Positions 1 to 9,015 of a stretch of DNA of 64,000 bases are shown one piece after another. Position 1 is the first letter of the stretch; every line of letters starts with the position of its first letter. The notes beneath the pieces are model-generated. The model was not told the DNA's origin. It saw only the letters and a list, made by a program, of their open reading frames with translations, and made no database searches. This stretch comes from Bdellovibrionia bacterium (lineage in GTDB: Bacteria > Bdellovibrionota > Bdellovibrionia > Bdellovibrionales > JAGQZY01), in assembly GCA_030427805.1 (NCBI GenBank), contig JAUICP010000008.1:9075-73074 (forward strand), read 5' to 3'. The translations under genes and the position numbers were made by a program.

Positions 1-231
1 GCCCGGGCAAGAAACACGAACTTCAACTTGAAATTGCTGACCTAAAATATGTCCCGCTTGCCGAGCAGTCACATAGACCTTACCGCCTTGGACGAGATCG
101 ATCTCTTTAAGTATACGAAGCTCTTCGCTAGAGCTATCGCCCCCACTCTCCCCTTCATGGCCAATGGCCTCTTGATGGGAGAAGGCGAGGAAACTAAAAA
201 ACAGAATAATAAAAAAGATAATTCTTCTCAT
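1..231 (-). CDS. Secreted hypothetical protein, N-terminal fragment (gene runs off the left edge)
   Basis: It is absent from the ORF track because it has no stop in the window. The reverse complement of 229-231 is ATG and reads MRRIIFFIILFFSFLAFSHQEAIGHEGESGG..., open down to base 1. The N-terminus is hydrophobic and signal-like. The start lies 5 nt after the stop of the upstream minus-strand gene. Confidence 0.45.
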   Translation of the reverse strand, partial: MRRIIFFIILFFSFLAFSHQEAIGHEGESGGDSSSEELRILKEIDLVQGGKVYVTARQAGHILGQQFQVEVRVSCPG

Positions 232-236
232 ACTCA

Positions 237-1046
237 TTACCCCGCACACAGTGGAAATGAAAGGTGGATGTGATCGTTGTGGAGACTGTTACCCCCCAGC
301 TTTGAGGACCGATGTCCGATGGACCCTTTGTACTCAGTTTGTCCCGGGTTACAGCTATTTTCGATAGACTCCTTCCAACAATCGCGAAATTCATCATAAA
401 AAACCGCCTGGTCGTCTTTGTAGTCGCGCAGAAGAGTACTCACACGAATTCGCGCGCCCTCTTTATCGTAGAGATTCAGAAAGGCAATATCCATAGCCCG
501 AGCATAAGCGTGATTACTGAGACGTGTTGAATTTCTTGCAACACGATCATTATAGGTTCCTAAGTGACGAATAAATACATATGCGGGATCGGGGTATCCG
601 GCGAGCTTAGCCGCATCTTGAACACATCTAAAAAAGAAGGAATTCAGGTGATCCGCAAACTTCGGGTGCAAAAATCCGGTTCCACAACGAGAATCACTGT
701 TGTATCCCCCTTGGGAACTAAATGATTTTTGACAACCATCCCAGCGAACGGCCCGATCATGGGCCAATTGAAAAATCGTATTTTGAATAAAAAATGTATC
801 CACCTTGTATTCAAAAGGATTTCCCCCAGGCATTGGGATATCTGGGTTTGGCGGAAGAGGTTCGGGCACCTCCTCTGGAACTTCAGAAATTTCTTCGGGA
901 GCATTTTCGTCTTCCGGTGCTTCAAAATCATCTTCGATTTCGATATCAGAAAAATCAGAGTTCATTCCCAACTCTTCAACACCGATAAAATCAGAACTGC
1001 AAGATGCTAAAAACAAAAATAGTAAAATCCCTGAAAGCCGCGCCAT
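237..1046 (-). CDS. Lipoprotein with a LAS-type zinc metallopeptidase fold (peptidase M15 / extensin-like C-terminal domain)
   Basis: There is a lipobox LFLASC at the N-terminus, followed by an acidic proline-rich linker. The C-terminal domain carries H-x6-D (SNHAYARAMDI) and H-x-H (HNDHIHLSF), the metal ligands of LAS peptidases. Confidence 0.6.
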   Translation of the reverse strand: MARLSGILLFLFLASCSSDFIGVEELGMNSDFSDIEIEDDFEAPEDENAPEEISEVPEEVPEPLPPNPDIPMPGGNPFEYKVDTFFIQNTIFQLAHDRAVRWDGCQKSFSSQGGYNSDSRCGTGFLHPKFADHLNSFFFRCVQDAAKLAGYPDPAYVFIRHLGTYNDRVARNSTRLSNHAYARAMDIAFLNLYDKEGARIRVSTLLRDYKDDQAVFYDEFRDCWKESIENSCNPGQTEYKGSIGHRSSKLGGNSLHNDHIHLSFPLCAG

Positions 1047-1194
1047 AACTGGTTAACGGCGGACTCACCTGTTCGCTAAAGTAAGCAATAGAGATTAACG
1101 AAAAAAACTTTCATCGATCTCGAAATTTAAAAACTATATCGACACTTTTTTTAAACTTCGCGCCTTACTTATAAGCGCGACAAATACTTAGTTA

Positions 1195-1265
1195 TTCTCG
1201 CCGAGACTTTAGTCCCATCACAAAAATGAAGTATTATGTTTCATAATCTAACGCTCGCGCAAATT
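1195..1265. repeat. 71-bp direct repeat, copy A (overlaps the last 6 codons and the 3' flank of the 1248-2915 gene)
   Basis: TTCTCGCCGAGACTTTAGTCCCATCACAAAAATGAAGTATTATGTTTCATAATCTAACGCTCGCGCAAATT reappears at 7844-7914 with about 8 mismatches. Confidence 0.9.
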
Positions 1266-2915
1266 CTTTTGTATCCGCAAAAAGCTTTTTATTTTGCTTT
1301 CATAGAACGGGTCTTTCAAAAGATAGGATTCTCGAGGATATGGAGGCTCCTCTCCCCCGTAATAGAAAATCATCTCATAGATGTCTTTTTTATGCTTCTC
1401 AGAGTCTATGAAGTCTTCAAAGTCTTGAGTCGAAAACTCACCTCTTTTATCTGACACTCTCTTGATGAGAGAGTATAAACTTATTAGGTTCATCGGCTCT
1501 TCGCGGATTTCAAGTTCGGACTTATCAACTCCCGGCGGCTTAATCATTAAAAAAGGACGCCGTTGAGTTAGTCGGCCATGGTCACTATGGAGAATGATCA
1601 TTGAGTTATCGTAGATACCTTCTTTCTTTAACTGACTCACAAACTCGCTGACCATTTTAAAGCTACAAACTAACTGTCGAAAACCATATGGATTGAATTC
1701 TGCATGAGCTTCTTTCTCAGCATTCAGTTTACAATTTTCATCACGAAAATAAGGGGAGTGTGAAAGATAGCTGTGAAAAAAGAAGTAGTTCGAGCCCTTC
1801 GAAAGACCCGAAAGACTTTTATTAACTTCAGAAAACACCTTGTAGGATCGAAAATGCCGGCCACGGATAATTTGATCCCACTTTCTTGTTTTTATAAGAG
1901 GAGCCAGCAACCCCCTGTACTTTTCATCTATTGCAATTTTGAGTAAAAAAGGAAATGAACGCAAAACGGAGAAGTCTAGCAAGTTAGTGAAAATATCGAA
2001 TAGCTCTTTGTAGCCAGGACTGTAATCTCTAAACTTGAGGGCTTTCACTTCAAGATCCCAAGAGTTTCCATATTCAAGCATATCCCAAGCGGAGACCAAA
2101 ATGCGACGGTACCCTTGCTCCTTTAAGTGCCTTGTGATTAAAAGGTCTGAAGAGCCCTCAAGCCACTGGTTGTAGAAAACATCTTCAGAAATAAAACTTC
2201 CACGCATTAATGCCGCAAGAGAGGGCTCTGTATATTGGTAGCTTCCGAAGGCATAGGGAAAAACCTGGAAGCCCCGAAACTCGTCGATTAGCTCAGGCTT
2301 TTTTTGCAAGAGATCGAGAATATCAGTGGATTCAATTCGATCTAACATAATTTGCAAGATATTTGGCGATCTCAGAGATCCACTTTGGATTTCTGTCAAC
2401 GATAAATCAATATATGAACTTTTCTCATCCGGAAGGCTCGCATTAAAGACAATGAACTTATGCACTGAGAGGGTGATGCTAGTAATTAGAAATAATAGTA
2501 ACATGAGAGTAAAAAAGCTCTTGTAACGATTTGCAATGGCTGCAGCGAACAGTCCAACTAATAACGTTACAATCGAAACCCACCAAGAAGAATCAAAGGA
2601 TGGAGAACTGGATATATTCTCTAATCCTTTCAAATCCAAATCTAAAAAATAATCATTGAGTAGAATCCAAAAAAGTAAAGCCGTAGAAACGTAAAAAAAT
2701 TTTGCCATTAATGAAGGCTGAACCCTCGCTACCAAATTTAAAGCTATAAACAGAACGGCACCCAAAGAAAAACCAACTGTCAGCATCATAAACAATAAAC
2801 TGAGGGCAGAGTGCTCAACACTTGATAGGTCAGACTCTAAGATCTGCGTCGGAAAAAAGTAAAAAACTATATATAAAGGAGTGTAAACACTAATAAAAAC
2901 TCTGTATAAAATCAT
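1248..2915 (-). CDS. Polytopic membrane protein with an extracytoplasmic sulfatase/alkaline-phosphatase-superfamily domain (LtaS / phospho-group transferase-like)
   Basis: About 5 hydrophobic segments occupy the first roughly 170 aa. The C-terminal domain carries MIILHSDHGR, typical of the sulfatase-fold family. Confidence 0.65.
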   Translation of the reverse strand: MILYRVFISVYTPLYIVFYFFPTQILESDLSSVEHSALSLLFMMLTVGFSLGAVLFIALNLVARVQPSLMAKFFYVSTALLFWILLNDYFLDLDLKGLENISSSPSFDSSWWVSIVTLLVGLFAAAIANRYKSFFTLMLLLFLITSITLSVHKFIVFNASLPDEKSSYIDLSLTEIQSGSLRSPNILQIMLDRIESTDILDLLQKKPELIDEFRGFQVFPYAFGSYQYTEPSLAALMRGSFISEDVFYNQWLEGSSDLLITRHLKEQGYRRILVSAWDMLEYGNSWDLEVKALKFRDYSPGYKELFDIFTNLLDFSVLRSFPFLLKIAIDEKYRGLLAPLIKTRKWDQIIRGRHFRSYKVFSEVNKSLSGLSKGSNYFFFHSYLSHSPYFRDENCKLNAEKEAHAEFNPYGFRQLVCSFKMVSEFVSQLKKEGIYDNSMIILHSDHGRLTQRRPFLMIKPPGVDKSELEIREEPMNLISLYSLIKRVSDKRGEFSTQDFEDFIDSEKHKKDIYEMIFYYGGEEPPYPRESYLLKDPFYESKIKSFLRIQKNLRER

Positions 2916-3063
2916 CTGAAAATTATAAAAGATAGGCGAGATTTTGTCGAATTAGTTAAAAGTAGTATTGCAGGGGTCCTAGACCAGTGATATCTCAGTT
3001 GAACAAACGAACAAAATCTCCTCTAATTAAACTATAGACTCATTCACCCTAAGACGAGGTGCT

Positions 3064-3672
3064 ATGCTCTTTTTGTCCCCTAAAATTAAGTCAGACGAAC
3101 TAAACCAGCAATTGCTTGATGTTTATGAACAGAACTGGCATTTTCTTGCAAAAATAGTAAACAAAAATTTACTTTACATAAGTAGTCATAAGCCGACCCA
3201 ACTATTCGATTTGATGCAATCCGATCAAGTCGTTATCTTTCCTGGTGGAAATAGTCTGGCACGAATTGAAGACTCTGAAGAAAACAAAAGACGAGATCAA
3301 ATTGAGAAGCATCTACTTGAGTATTGCCTTAAAGAAAGCATTACAGTTTTAGGGATTTGTCGGGGGGCACAGTTTGTTTTTGACCATTTTGGAGGACTAG
3401 TCACGGAGGTATCCAAACATGCCGGAACAAGCCATTCACTTACCTGGCAGAGAAGTCTCTTTGGACTTGAAACCATCACAAAAGTTCTCAGTCATCACGA
3501 CTATGGACTTTCCACAAAAGGGCTCCCAGACGAAATAGAAGTATTAGCCACTGACGATTTAGGGTGGATCGAAGCCTTTCGCCTCAAAAATAAATCCATC
3601 TATGGATTAATGTGGCATCCAGAGCGCCAATCAAATCTGGAGGACTACATTGAGTTCTTTCGATCCATCTAA
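3064..3672 (+). CDS. Class I glutamine amidotransferase-like / peptidase C26 (gamma-glutamyl hydrolase-type)
   Basis: The nucleophile elbow is LGICRGAQF and the His motif is LMWHPER. A GAGGTG ribosome-binding site precedes the ATG. Confidence 0.7.
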   Translation: MLFLSPKIKSDELNQQLLDVYEQNWHFLAKIVNKNLLYISSHKPTQLFDLMQSDQVVIFPGGNSLARIEDSEENKRRDQIEKHLLEYCLKESITVLGICRGAQFVFDHFGGLVTEVSKHAGTSHSLTWQRSLFGLETITKVLSHHDYGLSTKGLPDEIEVLATDDLGWIEAFRLKNKSIYGLMWHPERQSNLEDYIEFFRSI

Positions 3673-4444
3673 CTTACAAGTCTACATTTTGGGTGCGGGA
3701 CGAGGTTCTCGACTAAAAGCCCTGAGCGAAGACAAACCCAAACCCCTTCTTCGTTTTCTTGATAAAAGCCTCCTCGAGTGGCAAATCGATCTTCTAGACC
3801 ACTTTCAGATTACTGATCGCACCATCATAACTGGGTACAAAAAGGATAGCTTCAAAAACTTTCCCGTGAAGCAAATCTATAACTCTGAATGGGAGGCAAA
3901 AAATATGCTCCACAGCCTATTGCTTGCTCTAGAAGATGCCCAAAAAAAGAACCGTGACTTTATACTTCTCTATGGCGACATTCTTATCAGTAAAAGTGGT
4001 TTTGCTGAAATCCTTAAGTCCGCAAAAAAAACAAGCCTTCCGATAAACCTCAAGTGGCAATCATTTTGGCAAGCTCGAATGAAAAATGTTAAAGACGACG
4101 TCGAAAGTTTAAAATTTAACTCCAACATGTTACTCACCGAAATCGGTCAAACTGTGCAAAATCTCTCTACAGTTCAGGGACAGTTTATGGGCATCCTATC
4201 AATACAAACTTCAGAGGTGGGCCTTTGGTACAATAACCTGGGGGCCTATTTAGAAAAAGCAGAAAATGGGAAGAAGTCCACCACCGAATTCATCGAAGAA
4301 TTGATAAAAAATGAGGGTTTGAAATTACCCGTTTTCCCCGTAAATGGTGGCTGGCTTGAGTTCGACACAAAGACTGACTGGGAAACTTACACCGACCTTC
4401 ATTCAAAAGGACTTCTGAGGGAGGTCAGCGGATGGTCACCCTAA
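3650..4444 (+). CDS. Nucleotidyltransferase (sugar-phosphate / phospho-alcohol cytidylyl- or uridylyltransferase, LicC-like)
   Basis: The N-terminal signature is YILGAGRGSRLKALSEDKPKPLL (GxGxR...K). The size matches the NTP_transferase fold. The start codon is TTG and overlaps the upstream gene by 23 nt. Confidence 0.7.
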   Translation: MSSFDPSNLQVYILGAGRGSRLKALSEDKPKPLLRFLDKSLLEWQIDLLDHFQITDRTIITGYKKDSFKNFPVKQIYNSEWEAKNMLHSLLLALEDAQKKNRDFILLYGDILISKSGFAEILKSAKKTSLPINLKWQSFWQARMKNVKDDVESLKFNSNMLLTEIGQTVQNLSTVQGQFMGILSIQTSEVGLWYNNLGAYLEKAENGKKSTTEFIEELIKNEGLKLPVFPVNGGWLEFDTKTDWETYTDLHSKGLLREVSGWSP

Positions 4445-6763
4445 TTCGAAAGTTTTGGTATCACAATTGAGATGAATATTCTTAGCCGATTTAACAGCAG
4501 CAAAACTATTTTCATCAAGACCCAATAAGCCAACACAGCCTGTTTCGTAACATCGAATGGCAACATGGGAGTTCGGTCCCCCATACCGAGTGAGCACGGC
4601 TTTGGGTTTTTGATCAAATACCCAATCGAGTCCCGGCTCTCCTCTTTCGAAGACTACGACCTTACCTCTTAAGTCTCGCTTACTGTTCTCGGCAGGCAAA
4701 TAAATGACCTCTCCCTGAAGCTGACCCTCGCCAATAAAGTGACCGCGACGGGCTTTTTCTTCAAAACATAGGAATTCTTCTTTTCCACAAAAAACATCGG
4801 GAAAGCGTATTTTTGCTCTTTTCTCATAACTTCGTTGTCGTTGGGCCAGTTCGCTGAGAGCGAAATTCCTTTCACCGGCAACTAAAGTCACTAACTCTTC
4901 AATTTCTAAAAAATCAACATAATCTCTAAAAGGAGATGGAGTTGCCTGCAAAAGAAGATCGAGATACTGGCTTAACGCCCAATAAAACTGTCTCTTGTTT
5001 AACTCCCTTGCAAAATTGGACTGATGGATAAACTGCTCAAGTCCTTTAACTGAAAGTATGGCCTCGTCAGAGGACAATTCCAAGTTCAGCGGTTTTGAAG
5101 TCTCGACGAATTGATCTAAACTCCCAAAGTCGATTTCGACTTTATCTGAGCTGATTGAAAAAGCTTCCTGGCGAACAAAAACTGTTTCAACTCCATTTTC
5201 ATTTAAAAATTCTCTGTGTTTTAAGAGTGCTTCTCTCGTTCCGCGGGCTACAATGTCGGATAGATCTTGATTCAATCTCGACTCGAACTCCATAAGCCAA
5301 GCCTTAGAAATAAATGAGGCCCTCGCAGTTTGTACAAAAAGACGAGCTTGATCTTGGCACACTTGATAGGCTTCTGAAAGATCTTTGGTCCGACGAGCAA
5401 ATAGAGCACCTGACTCGACCAATTTTTGTATTCGACTTACAACTCTAAGAGAAATTTCCTCAAGGTCCCGGGATATTTTGCGTTTATCCTCTGTTGAGAT
5501 ACTCAAAACTTCTAAGGCCCGTGTTAATTGCCCCCGATACAAAGAGGAGTGGGAAAGACAAACAGAAAATTCGATTTGATCGTGAAGATCAGGATGTTCT
5601 CGCAAATAATTGACTTGTTCTTTATTGATTCTATCTCGTAACTCTTCGTCTATCGACTGGGGCATTAAACTTGCAAAAACAAGGGATGTGTCGACATAGT
5701 CTTGTCCGACAATTTCTTGCAGAAGGTCATCCCGACTCGCTCGATGGTAACCAAGTCGACTCCGCTCTTCGTTCCAGACCTTTTCGCAAATGAATGTTCT
5801 ATAAAGTGAGCGATCCAGTGGTTTGGCTCTAGCACCCAAAATTTCAACGGGATTCCAGTCACTCATTCGACTCAGAATCGTATTTTCATCGGTTCGAATT
5901 CCCGTAATTTCAGTCTTGAGAGGTGGAGTGCTTTCATCCTCAATCGAGTGCACAAGAGGTCTCGCCTGAAGGATTTTCAAGGCCCCATCTGCCAACACGA
6001 CAAATTCAATATCAACCGCGTGGACCATTAACAATTTCTCAATTTTTAGACTCGCTTGGATCAGATCTTTCGACCAAGAAGGAAGGTCGTGATCCATAGC
6101 CTTATGGCGAAAAAACACAAAGTTCTTTGAGCGGTCTAAACCAGACGTCACCCCCTCTGGCTTAGGAGACTGATCATTATATGATAATGAGAACTGCCAT
6201 GGAGCTCCAGGAATACGACTGAACAAAACGCCGACTATATTAGGTGCATCAATGTAGACCTGAATAAGAACTTGATCACTATCTCTTGGTTTCGGGTTTG
6301 AAGCAAAAACTTCAGCTATTGATTTCCTTAGCTCCAGGGAGCTTTCACTGGGGACCCCCAATAGACTTTTATAGGCACCAGCATGACTTTCTAAAAATTG
6401 ATCTTCTCCTATAAACGAACTACGAACGACCAACGCCCCTTTTGTAAATCGCTTCTGGATTCGCCTAATACATCCAGTGGGGTGGCTTTCAAACTCCTCT
6501 CTCTTTATAGAGACTTGCTCAAGAAACAATTTCTCGTCCATATTCTCTTTTAAAAACCATAGACTATCGGCCTTGGTTTTTTTTCGAATAAGACCAACAT
6601 TGCCTTTTTTTCGCCACCAAAGCCAAAATTTTATGACCAATGCCAATGCCCCAGCAAAAAAGACCTGCAACCAATATCCCATGACACCGGGGTTGATGTA
6701 TGCAAAAGCTATTTGTGGAATGATAATCACAGCTGTGATAATACTGACAATGTTCATAGGCAT
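4436..6763 (-). CDS. Membrane-anchored PEP-utilising-enzyme family phosphotransferase (ATP-grasp PPDK_N-like domain plus C-terminal swivel His domain, no PEP/pyruvate TIM barrel)
   Basis: There are two N-terminal TM segments. VRSSFIGEDQFLESHAGAYKS resembles the PPDK_N motif. The C-terminus VLTRYGGPNSHVAIRCYETGCVGLLG resembles the mobile-domain phosphohistidine motif. Confidence 0.7.
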   Translation of the reverse strand: MPMNIVSIITAVIIIPQIAFAYINPGVMGYWLQVFFAGALALVIKFWLWWRKKGNVGLIRKKTKADSLWFLKENMDEKLFLEQVSIKREEFESHPTGCIRRIQKRFTKGALVVRSSFIGEDQFLESHAGAYKSLLGVPSESSLELRKSIAEVFASNPKPRDSDQVLIQVYIDAPNIVGVLFSRIPGAPWQFSLSYNDQSPKPEGVTSGLDRSKNFVFFRHKAMDHDLPSWSKDLIQASLKIEKLLMVHAVDIEFVVLADGALKILQARPLVHSIEDESTPPLKTEITGIRTDENTILSRMSDWNPVEILGARAKPLDRSLYRTFICEKVWNEERSRLGYHRASRDDLLQEIVGQDYVDTSLVFASLMPQSIDEELRDRINKEQVNYLREHPDLHDQIEFSVCLSHSSLYRGQLTRALEVLSISTEDKRKISRDLEEISLRVVSRIQKLVESGALFARRTKDLSEAYQVCQDQARLFVQTARASFISKAWLMEFESRLNQDLSDIVARGTREALLKHREFLNENGVETVFVRQEAFSISSDKVEIDFGSLDQFVETSKPLNLELSSDEAILSVKGLEQFIHQSNFARELNKRQFYWALSQYLDLLLQATPSPFRDYVDFLEIEELVTLVAGERNFALSELAQRQRSYEKRAKIRFPDVFCGKEEFLCFEEKARRGHFIGEGQLQGEVIYLPAENSKRDLRGKVVVFERGEPGLDWVFDQKPKAVLTRYGGPNSHVAIRCYETGCVGLLGLDENSFAAVKSAKNIHLNCDTKTFELG

Positions 6764-6832
6764 TTAAAAGAATAGAAGAATAAAACCTGAACTCAAATGA
6801 AAACTGACATTTAATGAACATGGACAAATGCG

Positions 6833-7837
6833 GTGAAATCCAAAAAAAGAATTGCACTATTTATTGAGCATGCTGAAGATCTCGATTATCTCGGAGAAGC
6901 ATTCACCATACTCACAGAAAGTGAACATGAGATTTCATTAATTGGGCCAAAAAAGAGTCTCCATCAGCTAGACCTACCTACTAATGTCCAGCTGGTCAAA
7001 GCCAGCAATTGGCTTCACCTATCCTTTTTGTTTCTGACGAGTCGTTATGATTACGTAATAATGACCACTCCAGATCTAGAAAGTTTTTATTTAAAACGCT
7101 CTCGAGTCTACCCCACCAGATATATTTACTATTTTCACTCTCTAATTAGTAGTCACTACGCCTACCGCGAAAAGGCTTTTGATTATTTTGATTTCATTCT
7201 CTGCACAGGCCCCCATCATCTCAGAGAAATTCGCAGACGGGAAAAGGAAAAAGGCTTGTCACGAAAACACCTCGTTCAATTCGGATACCCGATCCTTGAG
7301 AAACTAAAAACAGGCACGGTCGATCCGGACACAATCCTCATAGCCCCCTCTTGGAATTCTTTCTTGGCTGAGCCCGAAAATTTGATGAAATTCCTCGAGT
7401 CCATCAATGAGTTTTCAAATATTATGATTCGCCTTCACCCCAAGACTCCCGAAATCCACAAAAGGAAGATAAGCAATTGGGCGACGAGAAATGAGAATTG
7501 CCAGTTATCTAAGGACTCTTTGCATCAGGATCTGCAGAAGGCGTCTTTACTTATCAGTGATTGGTCAGGGATCAGCTTCGAATTTGGTTTAGCTTTAAGA
7601 CGCCCCGTCTTGTTTATAGATGAGGGAGAAAAAAGGATGGAACAACATAAGGTTACGAACCAGATCCCCATTGAAATTCAGTGGAGAGAACTTTTTGGCA
7701 AGAAACTCAATTATTCTCAACTCGATGAAGCTCCAGAATTAATTAATAGTTTACTCAAAGATTCGTCTTGTAGAAAAAACTACAACTGCGATTTGGTCTA
7801 TGAATTTACCCCTAATACTCTCTTAGAAATTCTTTGA
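6833..7837 (+). CDS. CDP-glycerol glycerophosphotransferase family (TagB/TagF-like) transferase
   Basis: ILIAPSWN, IRLHPKT and LLISDWSGISFEFGLALRRPVLFID resemble the conserved blocks of the TagF family. The start codon is GTG. The gene is divergent from the 4436-6763 gene. Confidence 0.55.
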   Translation: MKSKKRIALFIEHAEDLDYLGEAFTILTESEHEISLIGPKKSLHQLDLPTNVQLVKASNWLHLSFLFLTSRYDYVIMTTPDLESFYLKRSRVYPTRYIYYFHSLISSHYAYREKAFDYFDFILCTGPHHLREIRRREKEKGLSRKHLVQFGYPILEKLKTGTVDPDTILIAPSWNSFLAEPENLMKFLESINEFSNIMIRLHPKTPEIHKRKISNWATRNENCQLSKDSLHQDLQKASLLISDWSGISFEFGLALRRPVLFIDEGEKRMEQHKVTNQIPIEIQWRELFGKKLNYSQLDEAPELINSLLKDSSCRKNYNCDLVYEFTPNTLLEIL

Positions 7838-7843
7838 TCTGTT

Positions 7844-7914
7844 TTCCCGCCCAGACTTTAGTCCCATCAAAAAAATGAAGTATTATGTTTCATTATCTAG
7901 CGCTCGCTCAAATT
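7844..7914. repeat. 71-bp direct repeat, copy B (orphan; contains a pseudo 3' gene end)
   Basis: Same orientation as copy A. The reverse complement reads ...EFNLSER-stop, versus ...QKNLRER-stop for the real gene end in copy A, but no gene body follows. Confidence 0.9.
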
Positions 7915-8040
7915 GAACTCGCTGTCTAAACAATATCTATTCACGCAAGCCACAGAGCTTTGTTTCAGGTTTTCGATTTGCATTGAATCGCTAGTGGGCT
8001 GGACTTCACCCTCAGCGAATATAGACTTGGAGACTTTGTA

Positions 8041-8964
8041 ATGAGAACACGCAATTCAGTGATAACGATTAAACAATTTGAAGGATTTAAACTTAACTCC
8101 CCGCTCGTATTTATGGTTCTTTTTACTCTCACTATTTGCATCCTCCCCTTTTCAGCTTTTGGGCAAATGGCGAAAAAACAAGTTCCTTTAAGCAATGGCT
8201 ACTTGCGACTAATGGCCGACGGAAGTTTATTTTTTAACGGACAAATTGAAACCCGCGGAGAGTTTCTCGCAGGGGGAAGTTTAGATTCCTCAAACCCCAA
8301 TTACGAAGAGGGAGTCTACTACGAAGTCGAGTCTCAAGAGGTTAATTTACAGGGAGAAATTCTCGACCTTTTCTCCGACGAAAACTTTTATTTTCTACTC
8401 CATCGCAATCCAAATACGGGGCAAATTAAACTCCTCGTTTTTGATTCATCTGGAATGGCTCATGTCGTCCGTACTGCTGCTATCAATGATCTCATTGAAA
8501 ATGAGCAATCGATGATGAACTGGCTTGAAATAATGGGATTAGCTGGATCCGCCGCTGGAACTGGAGGTAGCTTTTTAATGGCCGATTCGCCCCTTGGGGT
8601 TTCGGTTTGCATCGCTGTTGCCATAGTCGGCGGAATTGTCGCCTGTGTACCTAAATTAAGTAATCTTCTTGATTCTAGCTCAAGAGAAATTCGTCAGGGT
8701 TTCCAAAATCAAATACAAAATGCAACTCAAGATCACGGTCGTCGAGAGATCTCACCTCAAAGCATTGGCTTTTATTACCGAGAAGGCTCCAGAGATCCAC
8801 TCATTTTGTTAAGGGAGATCGACAATCACTCAGAAAGACTCCTCGTTCCGCTCTATGAAATCGGTGAAGGACTTCTAGAATCGCAAAACTTTTCTATGTC
8901 GACTAACGGACAGAGCGAATTCTGCGAGGCCCACTTCTTACCCTCATTAACTCTAGAACTTTAA
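8041..8964 (+). CDS. Hypothetical secreted/membrane protein
   Basis: This is a long ORF with a hydrophobic N-terminal segment (LVFMVLFTLTICILPFSAFG) and an internal Gly/Ala-rich TM pair. No family was recognised. Confidence 0.45.
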   Translation: MRTRNSVITIKQFEGFKLNSPLVFMVLFTLTICILPFSAFGQMAKKQVPLSNGYLRLMADGSLFFNGQIETRGEFLAGGSLDSSNPNYEEGVYYEVESQEVNLQGEILDLFSDENFYFLLHRNPNTGQIKLLVFDSSGMAHVVRTAAINDLIENEQSMMNWLEIMGLAGSAAGTGGSFLMADSPLGVSVCIAVAIVGGIVACVPKLSNLLDSSSREIRQGFQNQIQNATQDHGRREISPQSIGFYYREGSRDPLILLREIDNHSERLLVPLYEIGEGLLESQNFSMSTNGQSEFCEAHFLPSLTLEL

Positions 8965-9015
8965 GAGTCGATAGTAAGAAGAAGAAACAACAGCCCCTGA
9001 TCGCACCAGTGACAG

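Noticed and set aside
49-397. Track ORFs 49-273 (+) and 194-397 (-).
   Set aside because: They overlap better-supported minus-strand genes, namely the signal-peptide ORF at 1-231 and the LAS-peptidase lipoprotein at 237-1046, and they have no motifs of their own.
1158-1182. The inverted repeat TCGCGCCTTA-CTTA-TAAGCGCGA, considered as a terminator for the LtaS-like gene.
   Set aside because: On the transcribed (minus) strand it is followed by an A-rich tract rather than a U-rich one, and the stem has a bulge. The evidence is insufficient to call a terminator.
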